Virus record (IMG/VR): IMGVR_UViG_3300008459_000024
Coordinates: 1-64,000 of that record
Source: a virus
Length of the DNA: 64,000 bases
Reading direction: 5' to 3' (one strand)
Shown here in pieces: positions 10,443 to 21,028 of this stretch. The position numbers and the translations under genes were made by a program. The notes beneath the pieces are model-generated. The model was not told the DNA's origin. It saw nothing but the letters and a program-made list of their open reading frames with translations, and did no database searches. Each line of letters starts with the position of its first letter. The stretch's first letter is position 1.

Positions 10443-11036
10443 ATGGCAAAAAGTATTAAGAATTCACCTAAAATTTTAGGGTTAGACGTTTCAACAAAAA
10501 CAATTGGCGTTGCGTTATTTGATTTATCTTCAAGAGATTTATTAGAATTAACTCATATTTCACCAAGACCAAAACCTACATCTGAGAATAAAATGGAAGA
10601 ATTAATTAATAAATCTACTTTATTCCGCAAAAAATTAGAAGAATACAAAGGTGTAGGAGTTATTCGAGTAGTTATCGAGGAACCTCTTTTAAATAGTAAC
10701 AACGTATACACTATTGCAACTTTATTAAGATACAATACTTTAATATCTAAAGAAGTTTATGATGTATTAGGTGTAGTTCCCGAATACATCTCAACTTACA
10801 ACTCAAGAAAAATTGCGTTCCCTGAATTAGTTCAAAAAAATGAAAAGGGTAAGTACGTACTATTTGGTAATTATCCAAAAGACTGCGATAAAAAAATGAT
10901 TATATGGGAATTAGTCTCTAAACGAGAACCTCAAATTCAATGGTTATATACGAGAAACAATACGTTGAAAAAAGAGAACTTTGATATGACTGATGCATAT
11001 ACCGTTGTACTATCCTATCTTAATTCTAAAAATTAA
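10443..11036 (+). CDS. ruvC: RuvC-like Holliday junction resolvase
   Basis: ILGLDVSTKTIG, VVIEE, DMTDA catalytic acidic residues. Confidence 0.75.
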   Translation: MAKSIKNSPKILGLDVSTKTIGVALFDLSSRDLLELTHISPRPKPTSENKMEELINKSTLFRKKLEEYKGVGVIRVVIEEPLLNSNNVYTIATLLRYNTLISKEVYDVLGVVPEYISTYNSRKIAFPELVQKNEKGKYVLFGNYPKDCDKKMIIWELVSKREPQIQWLYTRNNTLKKENFDMTDAYTVVLSYLNSKN

Positions 11037-11275
11037 TTACACGTTATTACTTTAAACGTCTCGCAGTTTTGTGAGTCAACTATCTTTATAACTAAGGTCC
11101 CTGCTCCGTTAAATGTTTCAGGAATTGTTATTTGTACGGGCCAATATACTGGGTCAGTAATTGTATATAATAATTCACAGTTATTAAAAAACTCATCACA
11201 CACATATACACTAAATGGTAGAGTTCCATTAGCATTCTCAATGTCGATAGCATCAATTATATAATTTGTACCCAT
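11033..11275 (-). CDS. Small Cys-containing Ig/SprB-like virion module protein (paralog of 2854..3075)
   Basis: GTLPFSVYVCD...C...VIKIVDSQNC. Confidence 0.65.
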   Translation of the reverse strand: MGTNYIIDAIDIENANGTLPFSVYVCDEFFNNCELLYTITDPVYWPVQITIPETFNGAGTLVIKIVDSQNCETFKVITCN

Positions 11276-12099
11276 CCTGTTACTTTATAAATATATAACC
11301 CGTCAGGACTATCTGTTTGGTAAACGATTAATCCTGACGTTGGTGATGATATTGCAAGTCTCTCAGACTGCGTCATTCTTGGAAATAACACCCCTTGTGA
11401 TGTTGACGCAATCTCCAATATTGCAGATGCACTTGACGGAGCTCCTATTGAAACTGTGGTTCCGTTATCTCTAACTAAACTATTACCTAATCCTGTTGAG
11501 CTTGTCCACTTAGGAATGTAATTAACTGTCCCACTACCACTAACTCCAGTGCCACCACTAGACCCAGTATTAAACTTTCTCCAAGTCGCATTACTACTCG
11601 TGTACCCAGACACATCCTCAATCGTACTTGCAGTCCAAGCATTAATAAAATTCTGACCAGCAACTGTATTATTTTTTACTGTTGTACCAAAATCAGAGAA
11701 TACAACACAATCAGTACTCGCCGTTGCTGCGGTAAATAATGAAGTATAACCACTTATATGAAACTGATAAACTTGGTCTTCTTCATATACATAAACCAAC
11801 ATACCAAGTCTTCGTCTACCTGAAGAAATATTATCTGAACCAAGTGTTAATACATTAGGTGACCAAGCATCTCCCGTTCCTTTTATAAAATCAATTGGTA
11901 TTGTATTTCCTGAATATTCAATACTACCAGTGGTACCTGTAGGAATGGTGTAGATTAAATCACTTAATGAATATACTTCCATATATCCTCCAGTGTTATT
12001 AACACTATATGACGTACCAAAAGTAGCAGTTCTAGGTACCGTAGTAACACCTACGGTCTGAACTGAACTTAATGGATTTTTATAAGGAAAACTACTCAT
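11257..12099 (-). CDS. Virion fibre-type protein with Bacteroidota-style C-terminal domain
   Basis: RRRLGMLVYV motif, GSGTVNYIPKWT..LGNS repeat, SAILEIASTSQGVLFPRMT...SPTSGLIVYQTD. Confidence 0.65.
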   Translation of the reverse strand: MSSFPYKNPLSSVQTVGVTTVPRTATFGTSYSVNNTGGYMEVYSLSDLIYTIPTGTTGSIEYSGNTIPIDFIKGTGDAWSPNVLTLGSDNISSGRRRLGMLVYVYEEDQVYQFHISGYTSLFTAATASTDCVVFSDFGTTVKNNTVAGQNFINAWTASTIEDVSGYTSSNATWRKFNTGSSGGTGVSGSGTVNYIPKWTSSTGLGNSLVRDNGTTVSIGAPSSASAILEIASTSQGVLFPRMTQSERLAISSPTSGLIVYQTDSPDGLYIYKVTGWVQII

Positions 12100-12102
12100 A
12101 TA

Positions 12103-13101
12103 TTATGGCTCTAATAAACTACCTCTGAAATATAAATTATCATTATTATCTAATTCGAATGTTTTTGATGGATACGAAGTATACACTCTATAAGTTTGGT
12201 GACTAATTGTCGGTCCACTATATGAGAATGTATTATCATAAATTGTTGGTTCCATATTAACACTTGTAAATACGTTTGGATTAACAACACCTAAATCAAT
12301 CTTAATCTGTTTTTCACTATTAGTCATTGTTGTTGGTATAATCCATGTATACCACCCTTTTGATAATACCGTATCTTCAGGAACTCTGACCGTTTGGAAG
12401 TTGTAAGCAATGATAGGATTCCCATAACTATCAAATCCTCCATCTGTGGTTCTAATAAATCCTTTAATTAATCTCGGGAATTGTCCATTTGTCCATCCTG
12501 AATAATTAACATAACTTACCATATCAGTTTGGAATGTTGACGCAGAAGTACTTGGTCTTGTTCCATTGGTGAAACCATAAAACGTAGAACCTTGACTATA
12601 CATATAACTACCAATGGACGAAGACCCACTATATGGTTCAATAAACAGATACGCTGCAGGTCCTTCAGATGTTACAGTCGGTGTTGGTGTTACAGTGTGT
12701 GTAGGGGTTACAGTCTGAGTAGGAGTAATAGAAGGTGTTATAGTCGGTGTTGGTGTGAGTGTAGGTGTTTGTGAAATGGTAGGAGTAATTGATGGCGTAA
12801 TTGAAGGTGTGGGAGTAAAAGATGGTGTTGGTGTTGGAGTTGCGGGTGTTGGAGTAACTGTTGGTGTTGGAGTTGCCGTTACACACATATGTTGTTCACT
12901 ATAGATACATCCTGTTCTATCAATAACTTTAACTAAAATTATAGGTGCGGTATCAAATAGTGGTGGAGCATAAAATGTAGTTGCCGGTGGAATATAGTTT
13001 TCGTAGGTTGTTACAAGAACACATTGATATTGATTAATATCACAAACATATATTTGATATGGTGGGTCACCACCTAATGTCGTTATAGTAAAAGCTCCCA
13101 T
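12103..13101 (-). CDS. Virion surface protein: small Cys/Ig module + Thr-Pro linker + C-terminal domain
   Basis: [12 protein letters not shown]...VKVIDRTGC, then about 70 aa of TP repeats. Confidence 0.65.
   Translation of the reverse strand: MGAFTITTLGGDPPYQIYVCDINQYQCVLVTTYENYIPPATTFYAPPLFDTAPIILVKVIDRTGCIYSEQHMCVTATPTPTVTPTPATPTPTPSFTPTPSITPSITPTISQTPTLTPTPTITPSITPTQTVTPTHTVTPTPTVTSEGPAAYLFIEPYSGSSSIGSYMYSQGSTFYGFTNGTRPSTSASTFQTDMVSYVNYSGWTNGQFPRLIKGFIRTTDGGFDSYGNPIIAYNFQTVRVPEDTVLSKGWYTWIIPTTMTNSEKQIKIDLGVVNPNVFTSVNMEPTIYDNTFSYSGPTISHQTYRVYTSYPSKTFELDNNDNLYFRGSLLEP
12670..12880 (-). repeat. Thr-Pro coding repeat
   Basis: [27 protein letters not shown]... Confidence 0.9.
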
Positions 13102-13106
13102 TACTG

Positions 13107-13113
13107 ATAAATA
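13107..13113 (-). promoter_or_regulatory. Late-gene motif TATTTAT
   Basis: 5 nt before ATG 13101. Confidence 0.65.
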
Positions 13114-13128
13114 GTTTTGGAACTATTT

Positions 13129-15267
13129 TTAAGTCAAACAAGATACATTATATGTTATTTGTGTCGAAACAGTGACGGTCTCGTCCTTATAATATTCAAC
13201 ACCTCCAACAACCGCAGATTCAATTGTAACTTGATTGGTTACTGGGTCAACATATACAGTATCTAAGTAAGGTATGGTTGATAACACATAATTTAATGCC
13301 GTTGAAAACCCACTAACATTTGGGTAATCAGTTAATGATGTTGTAGTATAAAACGGATTAGAGTAGGTTACCCCATCCAATTCAACTACACATCTGAATG
13401 TTGCACTATTTAATTTACAATAATCATGTCCGTTAGTTAAGTCGTAGAATCCTTGAACTAATATTTTGTCATACGTTAAAAAACTTGTTCTTAATGCAGA
13501 TACCGTATTTCCAGTAATTTCTCCAGATATAGTAGTCGATACACTTGGGGTACACTCAATCGTAGTTTGTATTGTTGTTTGACAGTTATTCTCACCACTC
13601 AATGTTAATGTGTAAGTACCCGCAGTTAGTCCTGAAATGTATACACCTGTTTGACCATTAACGTTATCACTCCATGTAAAATCAAAAGGACCCTCATCAA
13701 ATATAATTGCGGAAACAGTACCACCACTACCATTTAAACATCCTGTACTATATAGTGAATAATTAATTGGGGTTAACCCATCAACCAATACGTTTGATAC
13801 TTGGTTACACAAATTTTGATTGGAAACAGTAACCGTATACGCCCCTGATGATAATGCCGAGAATGTATATGTTTGAGCCGTTGTCGGATATGAAGACAAT
13901 CCATTAGATAGATAATAAGTGTAGAAGTTAGTGGTTGCCGTAGATGGATTTGTCTCAGTTACCGTAACATCAATTAACCCTTTATTTCTATAACAGTATG
14001 TACTTGTTGGAGTTGTTATTATTGTAAATGGATTCTCATCAATAATAACAATTGAACTTGTGTATGAACATGTCCCCAAACTATCGGTAATATTCAAACT
14101 ATAAGTGTTTGCCGATAACGAATTAAATGTTGTAGAATTTAATGTTGTTGTTTGTGTCTCACTATAACCTGAAGGATTAGTTAATGTGTAAGTATACGGA
14201 GTCGCTCCCCCAATAACATTTACACTTATAAATCCAGTATTAAATCCGCAGTTAGCATTACCTTTGTTTACACCAATTACTGAAAAAGAATTAGGGGTTA
14301 ATAAATTAACCGATAATGATTTTTGACAAAGAGCAACATCAGTCACAGTTAGGGTATAACTACCTGAAGATAGATTATTAAAAGTTACAACAGTGTCATA
14401 ACTAACTTGAGAATCACCATTACTTAAAAGATAATAGTAAGGACCTGTGCCACCTGTGATACTATACGTTAAAGAACCTGTAGCTCCCGAACATGATGGT
14501 GGAGTCTGATTTGTATTAATTATTGATATAGGCAATGCATCTACAATAGTTGCACTTTTTGTTACGGAACACCCATACGAATCTGTGACAGTACAAGAAT
14601 AATTGTTAGAGGTTAAACCTGTAATAAAATTATTTGTAGTATCACCTGTTATGAATCCTGACCACTGATATGTAAATGGAGACGAACCAGTTAAACCTGT
14701 GATATAAATTTTACCATTCGTTAAAGAACATGACGGGTTATTAATGACATAAAATCCGTAGTCTAATGTTGGCGAATCGTAAATTATTGTGTTTTCAGAA
14801 GTTCCAATACATCCTCCGTAATTATTGCAAACAGCATAATAAACCCCCTCACCTAAATTACTAAAGGTATATGAGTCACCAACTGTTGTGACTGCAGAGA
14901 TTTGTAAACCATCCTTATATAAAGTTAACGTATTTGTACCGTAGTTTGTTGGTGTTGTCGCAACTAATGAACCATTTGAATTGCCACATGTGGTATTGAA
15001 AACACTACCAAGACTTACAGTTGATGAAGATGTTATGTAAAAATTTATTAACTGATTAACGTTATTGGTATCAGTAACAAAAAATGAATAACTTCCTGCG
15101 GACAATGATGTAATTGAGTAGTTGTTACTTGTAGATGCTGACGCATAAGATGACGGTACTGACCAAGTAATGTAAAATGGAGACGCTCCTGATAATGCAA
15201 TTGACATTGCACCCGAATTTGTACTCTGACAATCTCCTGTTAATGATATGTTATATTCTAAAGGCAT
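13129..15267 (-). CDS. SprB-repeat protein (tandem Ig-like adhesin repeats)
   Basis: About 7 repeats of C...G.I.V...GG..PY.Y...L.SG.Y.(L/V)TVTD...C. Confidence 0.8.
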   Translation of the reverse strand: MPLEYNISLTGDCQSTNSGAMSIALSGASPFYITWSVPSSYASASTSNNYSITSLSAGSYSFFVTDTNNVNQLINFYITSSSTVSLGSVFNTTCGNSNGSLVATTPTNYGTNTLTLYKDGLQISAVTTVGDSYTFSNLGEGVYYAVCNNYGGCIGTSENTIIYDSPTLDYGFYVINNPSCSLTNGKIYITGLTGSSPFTYQWSGFITGDTTNNFITGLTSNNYSCTVTDSYGCSVTKSATIVDALPISIINTNQTPPSCSGATGSLTYSITGGTGPYYYLLSNGDSQVSYDTVVTFNNLSSGSYTLTVTDVALCQKSLSVNLLTPNSFSVIGVNKGNANCGFNTGFISVNVIGGATPYTYTLTNPSGYSETQTTTLNSTTFNSLSANTYSLNITDSLGTCSYTSSIVIIDENPFTIITTPTSTYCYRNKGLIDVTVTETNPSTATTNFYTYYLSNGLSSYPTTAQTYTFSALSSGAYTVTVSNQNLCNQVSNVLVDGLTPINYSLYSTGCLNGSGGTVSAIIFDEGPFDFTWSDNVNGQTGVYISGLTAGTYTLTLSGENNCQTTIQTTIECTPSVSTTISGEITGNTVSALRTSFLTYDKILVQGFYDLTNGHDYCKLNSATFRCVVELDGVTYSNPFYTTTSLTDYPNVSGFSTALNYVLSTIPYLDTVYVDPVTNQVTIESAVVGGVEYYKDETVTVSTQITYNVSCLT

Positions 15268-15269
15268 AA

Positions 15270-18239
15270 TTATGATAAGATGGCGGCAAATGAATATGTT
15301 AATGCGAAGTTACTATAAGGTAAAGTTCCAGGTATAGGTTCGAATTCCGGGTTAATCACAGTTGTAACAATATTACCATTAGAGTCTAAATTAAATTCAA
15401 ATCCAGTTTCAGTTATAGATTGCGGATATGTAATTGCGTTAGTCTCTTCATTAGTAACAACTATTTGGCTCACATTACCTTGGATTATGAAATTATTCAC
15501 AAAGTTCTCCCACTCTGTCTGAGTAAACTGTTCACCACAATTGTATGTTTCACTATTATTTGACGAAATCTGTATTCTATGTATTTGTCCATTATACAAA
15601 TATTTAGTCTTATAATTAATCGCATATACCCAACTTGTTTGTGTTCCCGTACAATTAACAATTGGAACACTTGGGTAAGTAATTGCGGAAGTAAACTCAG
15701 GTGCCGGAGGTTCAATTGGTCCTGTTACCACTGAAGAAGGAGTACTAATAGTTGAAACTTGACATCCTCTTTGTCTTCGGTAAACAAACTTTTGTCTATG
15801 AAATACAGAATTCTCAAACTTAGTACCCGTATTCCATATAGTTGTCGCAGGTACAAATTGTTCAACAAGTCTAATCCAAAAATCACCAATACCATTAATA
15901 TAACTAATCATATTTTGGTAATTAAAGTTATTATTAGTTAAACCTGTATCTTGATTCATTGTTAAATACTTGAAAAATATTGACTGTAAAGTTGGGTATC
16001 CACTTGTTTTACCGTCAGATGAATATTGTCTATTTCTAACATTAATCATCTCACTCCAAAATGTATTATAGAATTTAAAGAAACTCTCATTCTGAGGTTT
16101 AGGATTAATGAATGTAGAGTCCACCCCACCTACTTGCGGGTAAGGACTTGATAATCCAGTAATTGGAATTGGATAGTTTTTTGTTCGTGAAACATACCAA
16201 ACATCATAAGCCAAAGCTTGAGCCGGATTTAAAAATAAATCAACATTTTTTACATTTATAGTTAACCTATCATCACTTTGGTAATAAACCGCATCAAAGA
16301 TATTATCTGTTCCGATTCGATTACCTGTCTCACTATCCGTCCAACTCTTTTTATTGTCAACTTGTTTTTTAATTGAGAACCCTAAATCCATATATGGGAA
16401 TTCTCTAAATCTATCTAAATATTTTTGTCCATAAGTGAATCCTTCTAAAGTAGTTTGAACCGAAGTATTTGGACCTGTAAATGTACTATTGTTAACATCA
16501 ATTACCTGAGGACTTCTATGACTTGGTGTTGATTCAAACCATCCTTCCCCTTTTTGGAAAAAGAAATTGTCATTAAAATTAGGATTGGTCGGGTATCCAT
16601 TTGTGTCGATTGGATAGTCTCCGGCAGTTGTATCAACACTAATTACTTGTGTTGACGATGTGTAAGCCGTGTATTGTATACCTCTAATTAAAAATAAATT
16701 ATTAGGGTCAGATACTGGTGTTGTGGGAATATATGTCCCACCTTCAATCTGTGTAAAGTTTTGATTGAATTGTTCAACATCAATTTTACCGTCAACAAGG
16801 TAAACATTCTCATTAAATTCTAATAATGCGTCAGGTACACCTATGTTTTCCATTAAAAACTCAATGCTCTTTCTCGTACCTTTTGATTTAAAAAGGTATG
16901 CCGAGTTTAATATTAAGTTTCTATAATACTGGTTATTTAAATCGGTAATTGTTTGTGGTGTCGAGTACGCAGGAAATGCGTTTTCAGTCGTACCATAAAC
17001 AGAGTTTAAAAATCCAACATTCGTAATAGGAGATATATTGGTTCCCCACCCTAAGGTCTGAGCTAAATTAACTACCAAATTCGAAGGAATGTCGTTACCA
17101 ATATTATAATTTACTGAATTAGCGTATTGGATAGCGTCAATATACTTTTTATTCTCATCAAAACTTCTACCATAAATTTTGAGAACTTTATCAACTTTAA
17201 GGTCAGGAGTATCGAATTCTTGGAAGGAATCTGTAACATAGAATCTTGAAACCAAGTTTGTTTTAAACACATCAAAATTACTACCAATCTCATTTAAATT
17301 ATTTAAATAGAATGTAAATGAGGATGTACGAATATCTATATTCCATTGACCATCCATCGGCCAAGTTAAATTTTGAAAACTAATAAATTGTGTTCCATCG
17401 TCACCTTCAGTCGGTACTTGGAATTTTGCGGTATACTTTGGGTATGAATATCTATTTAATAGAATCTCTTCAACTTCGTCAAGTTCAAGATTAAACACCT
17501 CATTAACAACAGTATCATTAAGTCTGATAACATAATCATCACTACTTGTAGATGCCCCCGAAAAAGGGTTCCCAATTACTGATATAGTTAATGTTCCTGC
17601 ACTAACTGAAGACGAAGGGGTTAATAAACTAAGTTCATATTTATTATTATTAATATCAAGTATGTAACTTCTAAATGTCTTTTTTAAATTACGGTATTTT
17701 GAAACTGAATAATCTAAACTACCTAAGTTAATGTCCGCATTTTGTGAGAAATCAATTCCAAATGGATTTCTAATAATCTCAATCGGAACCGTAAAACTTG
17801 TAATATTCTCGTTCTGAGTATAAGTAATCCCCGTTGCCGTTGACCCGCTTGTAAAGTTTTGACGATACTTGGAAATCTCTAGCCCAGCAGGAAAAAAGTT
17901 AATTATATTTGTAACCGCAGCTTCAAATCTCTTAACCAATGAACCATAATTAACAAAGTTTAAAACATTTGTTTGGTCAAAGTTTGGATAAATTCTGAAG
18001 TTTTTATCAAAGATATTTTGAGATTGAGCCTCTGAGGTAACTGATAACGAACTTAACGTAATCGGTTCTGAGAATACACCCGTATCAAAATCTCTGTTTG
18101 ACTTTTGAACAACCGATGTGGTAAATGCGAAGTTACCTTGCGTAAGTCCTCCACCATCGGTAATCTGTAAACCGACTAAATTGTCAGAGAATGTACCTGA
18201 ACCTGAATCTGTTTGTGGTGGACATGTGTACTTCGCCAT
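15270..18239 (-). CDS. Baseplate wedge protein (P2 gpI / T4 gp7-like region)
   Basis: IPSNLVVNLAQTLGW and LFKSKGTRKSIEFLM; lies in the baseplate cluster. Confidence 0.6.
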   Translation of the reverse strand: MAKYTCPPQTDSGSGTFSDNLVGLQITDGGGLTQGNFAFTTSVVQKSNRDFDTGVFSEPITLSSLSVTSEAQSQNIFDKNFRIYPNFDQTNVLNFVNYGSLVKRFEAAVTNIINFFPAGLEISKYRQNFTSGSTATGITYTQNENITSFTVPIEIIRNPFGIDFSQNADINLGSLDYSVSKYRNLKKTFRSYILDINNNKYELSLLTPSSSVSAGTLTISVIGNPFSGASTSSDDYVIRLNDTVVNEVFNLELDEVEEILLNRYSYPKYTAKFQVPTEGDDGTQFISFQNLTWPMDGQWNIDIRTSSFTFYLNNLNEIGSNFDVFKTNLVSRFYVTDSFQEFDTPDLKVDKVLKIYGRSFDENKKYIDAIQYANSVNYNIGNDIPSNLVVNLAQTLGWGTNISPITNVGFLNSVYGTTENAFPAYSTPQTITDLNNQYYRNLILNSAYLFKSKGTRKSIEFLMENIGVPDALLEFNENVYLVDGKIDVEQFNQNFTQIEGGTYIPTTPVSDPNNLFLIRGIQYTAYTSSTQVISVDTTAGDYPIDTNGYPTNPNFNDNFFFQKGEGWFESTPSHRSPQVIDVNNSTFTGPNTSVQTTLEGFTYGQKYLDRFREFPYMDLGFSIKKQVDNKKSWTDSETGNRIGTDNIFDAVYYQSDDRLTINVKNVDLFLNPAQALAYDVWYVSRTKNYPIPITGLSSPYPQVGGVDSTFINPKPQNESFFKFYNTFWSEMINVRNRQYSSDGKTSGYPTLQSIFFKYLTMNQDTGLTNNNFNYQNMISYINGIGDFWIRLVEQFVPATTIWNTGTKFENSVFHRQKFVYRRQRGCQVSTISTPSSVVTGPIEPPAPEFTSAITYPSVPIVNCTGTQTSWVYAINYKTKYLYNGQIHRIQISSNNSETYNCGEQFTQTEWENFVNNFIIQGNVSQIVVTNEETNAITYPQSITETGFEFNLDSNGNIVTTVINPEFEPIPGTLPYSNFALTYSFAAILS

Positions 18240-19141
18240 TACGCAATTATGTTGTCAAAATTTTTACTAAAATCAATGTTATTACCTCTATCCTGTCTAA
18301 CCTCATATAACAACTCGTTAAATTGGTCACGGATTTCATACAAGTTGTACTGTTTGTAAATGTTATTACTTGAGTCATAAATTGTATAAACACCATCCTC
18401 AATCGATTTAGTTTGATTACCATAAAGAGCAATTGCCAATGTTGAGATGTCTTGGTCAACGACCTCAACTTCAACGACTGTCGGATTAAAGAATGTATTT
18501 GTAATCACAATGTCTTGTCCTGCAACTCCGATATTTGGTGTTGCGTTAGGTCTATTAGTAGGTGATGATGATGGTGATAAAGTACAAAACATTAAGTTAG
18601 TTACTGTATCCGTGTAAATGTATCTTGTTGATTTTAAAATAGTATTTGTAACGTTTTGAGTTACCGGTTCACAAAAAAAGTTTGATGTTATAATTCTAAA
18701 GAAGTTTGGTATTTTAGACCCGTCAGGATTTAAATACTCAACTCTAAATCCTACTAATCTTTGACTAACAAACTTGTTTCTAAACTCAGTAGGTACGTTA
18801 TTCAAATCAATAATAATGCCCTTCACATTTGGTAATGAACTTAATACACCACAATCGGTAATTGATGTTCTAATCTGTGCGGGTCGAATCATTAATGTGT
18901 AGATACCTAAAGCATTAAATTCTTCTGAAGGTAAATTCAAATTATATAACCCACCTAAAATCTCATTAGCATTACCACCAGTTGACCCATTGTTAAAGTA
19001 TGGTGTGATGTTTGAACTGTCTAATTTTTTTAACACGAAATTACTAGTTACATCCCTTGATGGGGTGTAGTTCATTATAATCTCAATATCATCAGGACTA
19101 ACATCTGATGGTCTTATCGTTCCAAAATTACCCGTTGCCAT
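18239..19141 (-). CDS. Hypothetical structural (baseplate-region) protein
   Basis: 300-aa ORF with late motif at 19158-19164; stop/start overlap with the next gene. Confidence 0.55.
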   Translation of the reverse strand: MATGNFGTIRPSDVSPDDIEIIMNYTPSRDVTSNFVLKKLDSSNITPYFNNGSTGGNANEILGGLYNLNLPSEEFNALGIYTLMIRPAQIRTSITDCGVLSSLPNVKGIIIDLNNVPTEFRNKFVSQRLVGFRVEYLNPDGSKIPNFFRIITSNFFCEPVTQNVTNTILKSTRYIYTDTVTNLMFCTLSPSSSPTNRPNATPNIGVAGQDIVITNTFFNPTVVEVEVVDQDISTLAIALYGNQTKSIEDGVYTIYDSSNNIYKQYNLYEIRDQFNELLYEVRQDRGNNIDFSKNFDNIIA

Positions 19142-19178
19142 TTTTTTCTATTATTTAATAAATAGTTTATCCTCAATT

Positions 19179-20249
19179 TTAAAACTGAGTTTTAATCACA
19201 TTAAAGAATTTATATCCATATTCTTCAAGTGAACTAAGAGTCCTAACTTCCCCTATCCGTCTAAAGTTTTCCAAAGCACTATTCTTACCCCTTTCAACAA
19301 AAACATTAGATAACAATTGAGCTTGGTCTATAATATTTAAGTAAACCTCATTCTTCACTATCGGTTCGTGTTCAACAAAAGTTTCAGTCAAACCAGATGA
19401 ATAATATCTAAATATAGATGTACCGTTACTATAGTCTACATATTCCAAATCATTTATTGTGTATGCAGTATATGTGGTAGTGTTTTCAGTCATAACACCC
19501 GTTCCTCCCCCATCAATAGGAACTGAAGTCCCTAACGGAGGAAACCCTCCATAAGTTTTAATATCCCCTATTTTTGATTTAGTATATCCAGTTATAAGAT
19601 ATGGTAATGCAACCACCTGAACCTCAGAATCTGTTGTTGTATCTGCTGACGTATAAAAATTCATCTCAGTCGGTATTGTTGACCAAGAATTCTCAAAATT
19701 CTGAAACGTAACTGTCCCGTATGGATTATCTACCGAAGTAACTCCGTATGGTACCGTTATGTCTTTAGTCACAATGATTTGCCCAAAGGATGTTATATGA
19801 ATCAATTTGATTTCATAAGTTCCATTATCAGAATATGTGTGGTCGAAATAAGGGTTAACACTATCAATAAATTCAATCGCCGAACCATCACCCCAAGATA
19901 TTTGAAAAAGTGATGTTGACAAATAATTAACGTTGGAATTCTTGGACGTATTATAAACTATAATAGAATTTAAGTCGGAGTCGTAAGGGTTTTTAATAAA
20001 AATAAAGTTTTCAGACACGTTAATCTGAGCAATGTTTCCATCAAAAACAGAATAATATCCAACGTCTTGATATTCTTGTTTTAATAAAACAGGAATTGTT
20101 AAATTCGTCAATAAAGATGAGCCGTTTGTTCCTCCCGATAATATATACGTCAACCCCGAATAAACTCCAAAAGTATTACTATTATATGTCTCTTGTATTA
20201 TATCCGAATTTAAAAAACCCGGCGATATTTGTATTTTAAAAGTTTCCAT
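19179..20249 (-). CDS. Structural protein with PKD-like domain
   Basis: ISWGDGS...FDHTYSDNGTYEIKL PKD signature. Confidence 0.6.
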   Translation of the reverse strand: METFKIQISPGFLNSDIIQETYNSNTFGVYSGLTYILSGGTNGSSLLTNLTIPVLLKQEYQDVGYYSVFDGNIAQINVSENFIFIKNPYDSDLNSIIVYNTSKNSNVNYLSTSLFQISWGDGSAIEFIDSVNPYFDHTYSDNGTYEIKLIHITSFGQIIVTKDITVPYGVTSVDNPYGTVTFQNFENSWSTIPTEMNFYTSADTTTDSEVQVVALPYLITGYTKSKIGDIKTYGGFPPLGTSVPIDGGGTGVMTENTTTYTAYTINDLEYVDYSNGTSIFRYYSSGLTETFVEHEPIVKNEVYLNIIDQAQLLSNVFVERGKNSALENFRRIGEVRTLSSLEEYGYKFFNVIKTQF

Positions 20250-21028
20250 TATTGAGTTGGTGGGTTAACATATTCATACCATTTAATATGGTTATAATCC
20301 TTGGGTCCATTAGCCGGGAAATTGTATTCGTAAGTATTAAAATCAAAAATAACCTTTTGATAAAATGAATCGTTACTTACAGAATATGGGTTACCCGCAT
20401 TAAAATTTTGAGGAACACCTTTAATAAATGTAGTGAACTGACCTGTCTTACCATTAAAGAATTTAGCTGTCATATACATCGCACTTAAAGACAAAATATT
20501 GTAATCTTTAAACCAGTGTATAAAATATCCCTCACTACTTTTATTATAATCCAAATTAAAATATGGTTTATAAGTATCAAAGTCAGAACCATTACTTACT
20601 AAAACCTCAGTAGTATTAGGATTAGATAATATTAATGTAAAATAACTTTTATTCTTTTTCCTATCGGTTGTGTCGTAAAAGTCTAACTTGAAAAACGACT
20701 TGTCAAAACTTTTTGAGTTGTAGTAAACTTCGTCAAAAGTAAACAATCCAGAATTAACATAACTATTATAAAACGACAAATCACTACCATTATAAAAATT
20801 AAACTCATGTATTACTGATGTATTAATTTGTTGATTTAAAGTGATAGGTTTTTTAGTAAATCTTGCAAGTTCATAATCGACAGGTATACCTAATACTTGC
20901 TTAATCACATCATCCTGAAATGCGTCAATAGTATCCCCTCTATCTGAAAAATCCCAGTTAATTGATAGTGGTACAACAACTTGTCGGTCACTAACTTTTC
21001 TTAATATTTTAATTTTATTCGCAATCAT
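20249..21028 (-). CDS. Hypothetical structural protein
   Basis: ORF overlapping both neighbours in the baseplate operon. Confidence 0.55.
   Translation of the reverse strand: MIANKIKILRKVSDRQVVVPLSINWDFSDRGDTIDAFQDDVIKQVLGIPVDYELARFTKKPITLNQQINTSVIHEFNFYNGSDLSFYNSYVNSGLFTFDEVYYNSKSFDKSFFKLDFYDTTDRKKNKSYFTLILSNPNTTEVLVSNGSDFDTYKPYFNLDYNKSSEGYFIHWFKDYNILSLSAMYMTAKFFNGKTGQFTTFIKGVPQNFNAGNPYSVSNDSFYQKVIFDFNTYEYNFPANGPKDYNHIKWYEYVNPPTQ

Noticed and set aside
2854-11036. Invertible segment explaining the plus-strand block
   Set aside because: No flanking inverted repeats or site-specific recombinase were seen; both junctions look like ordinary divergent or convergent gene boundaries.
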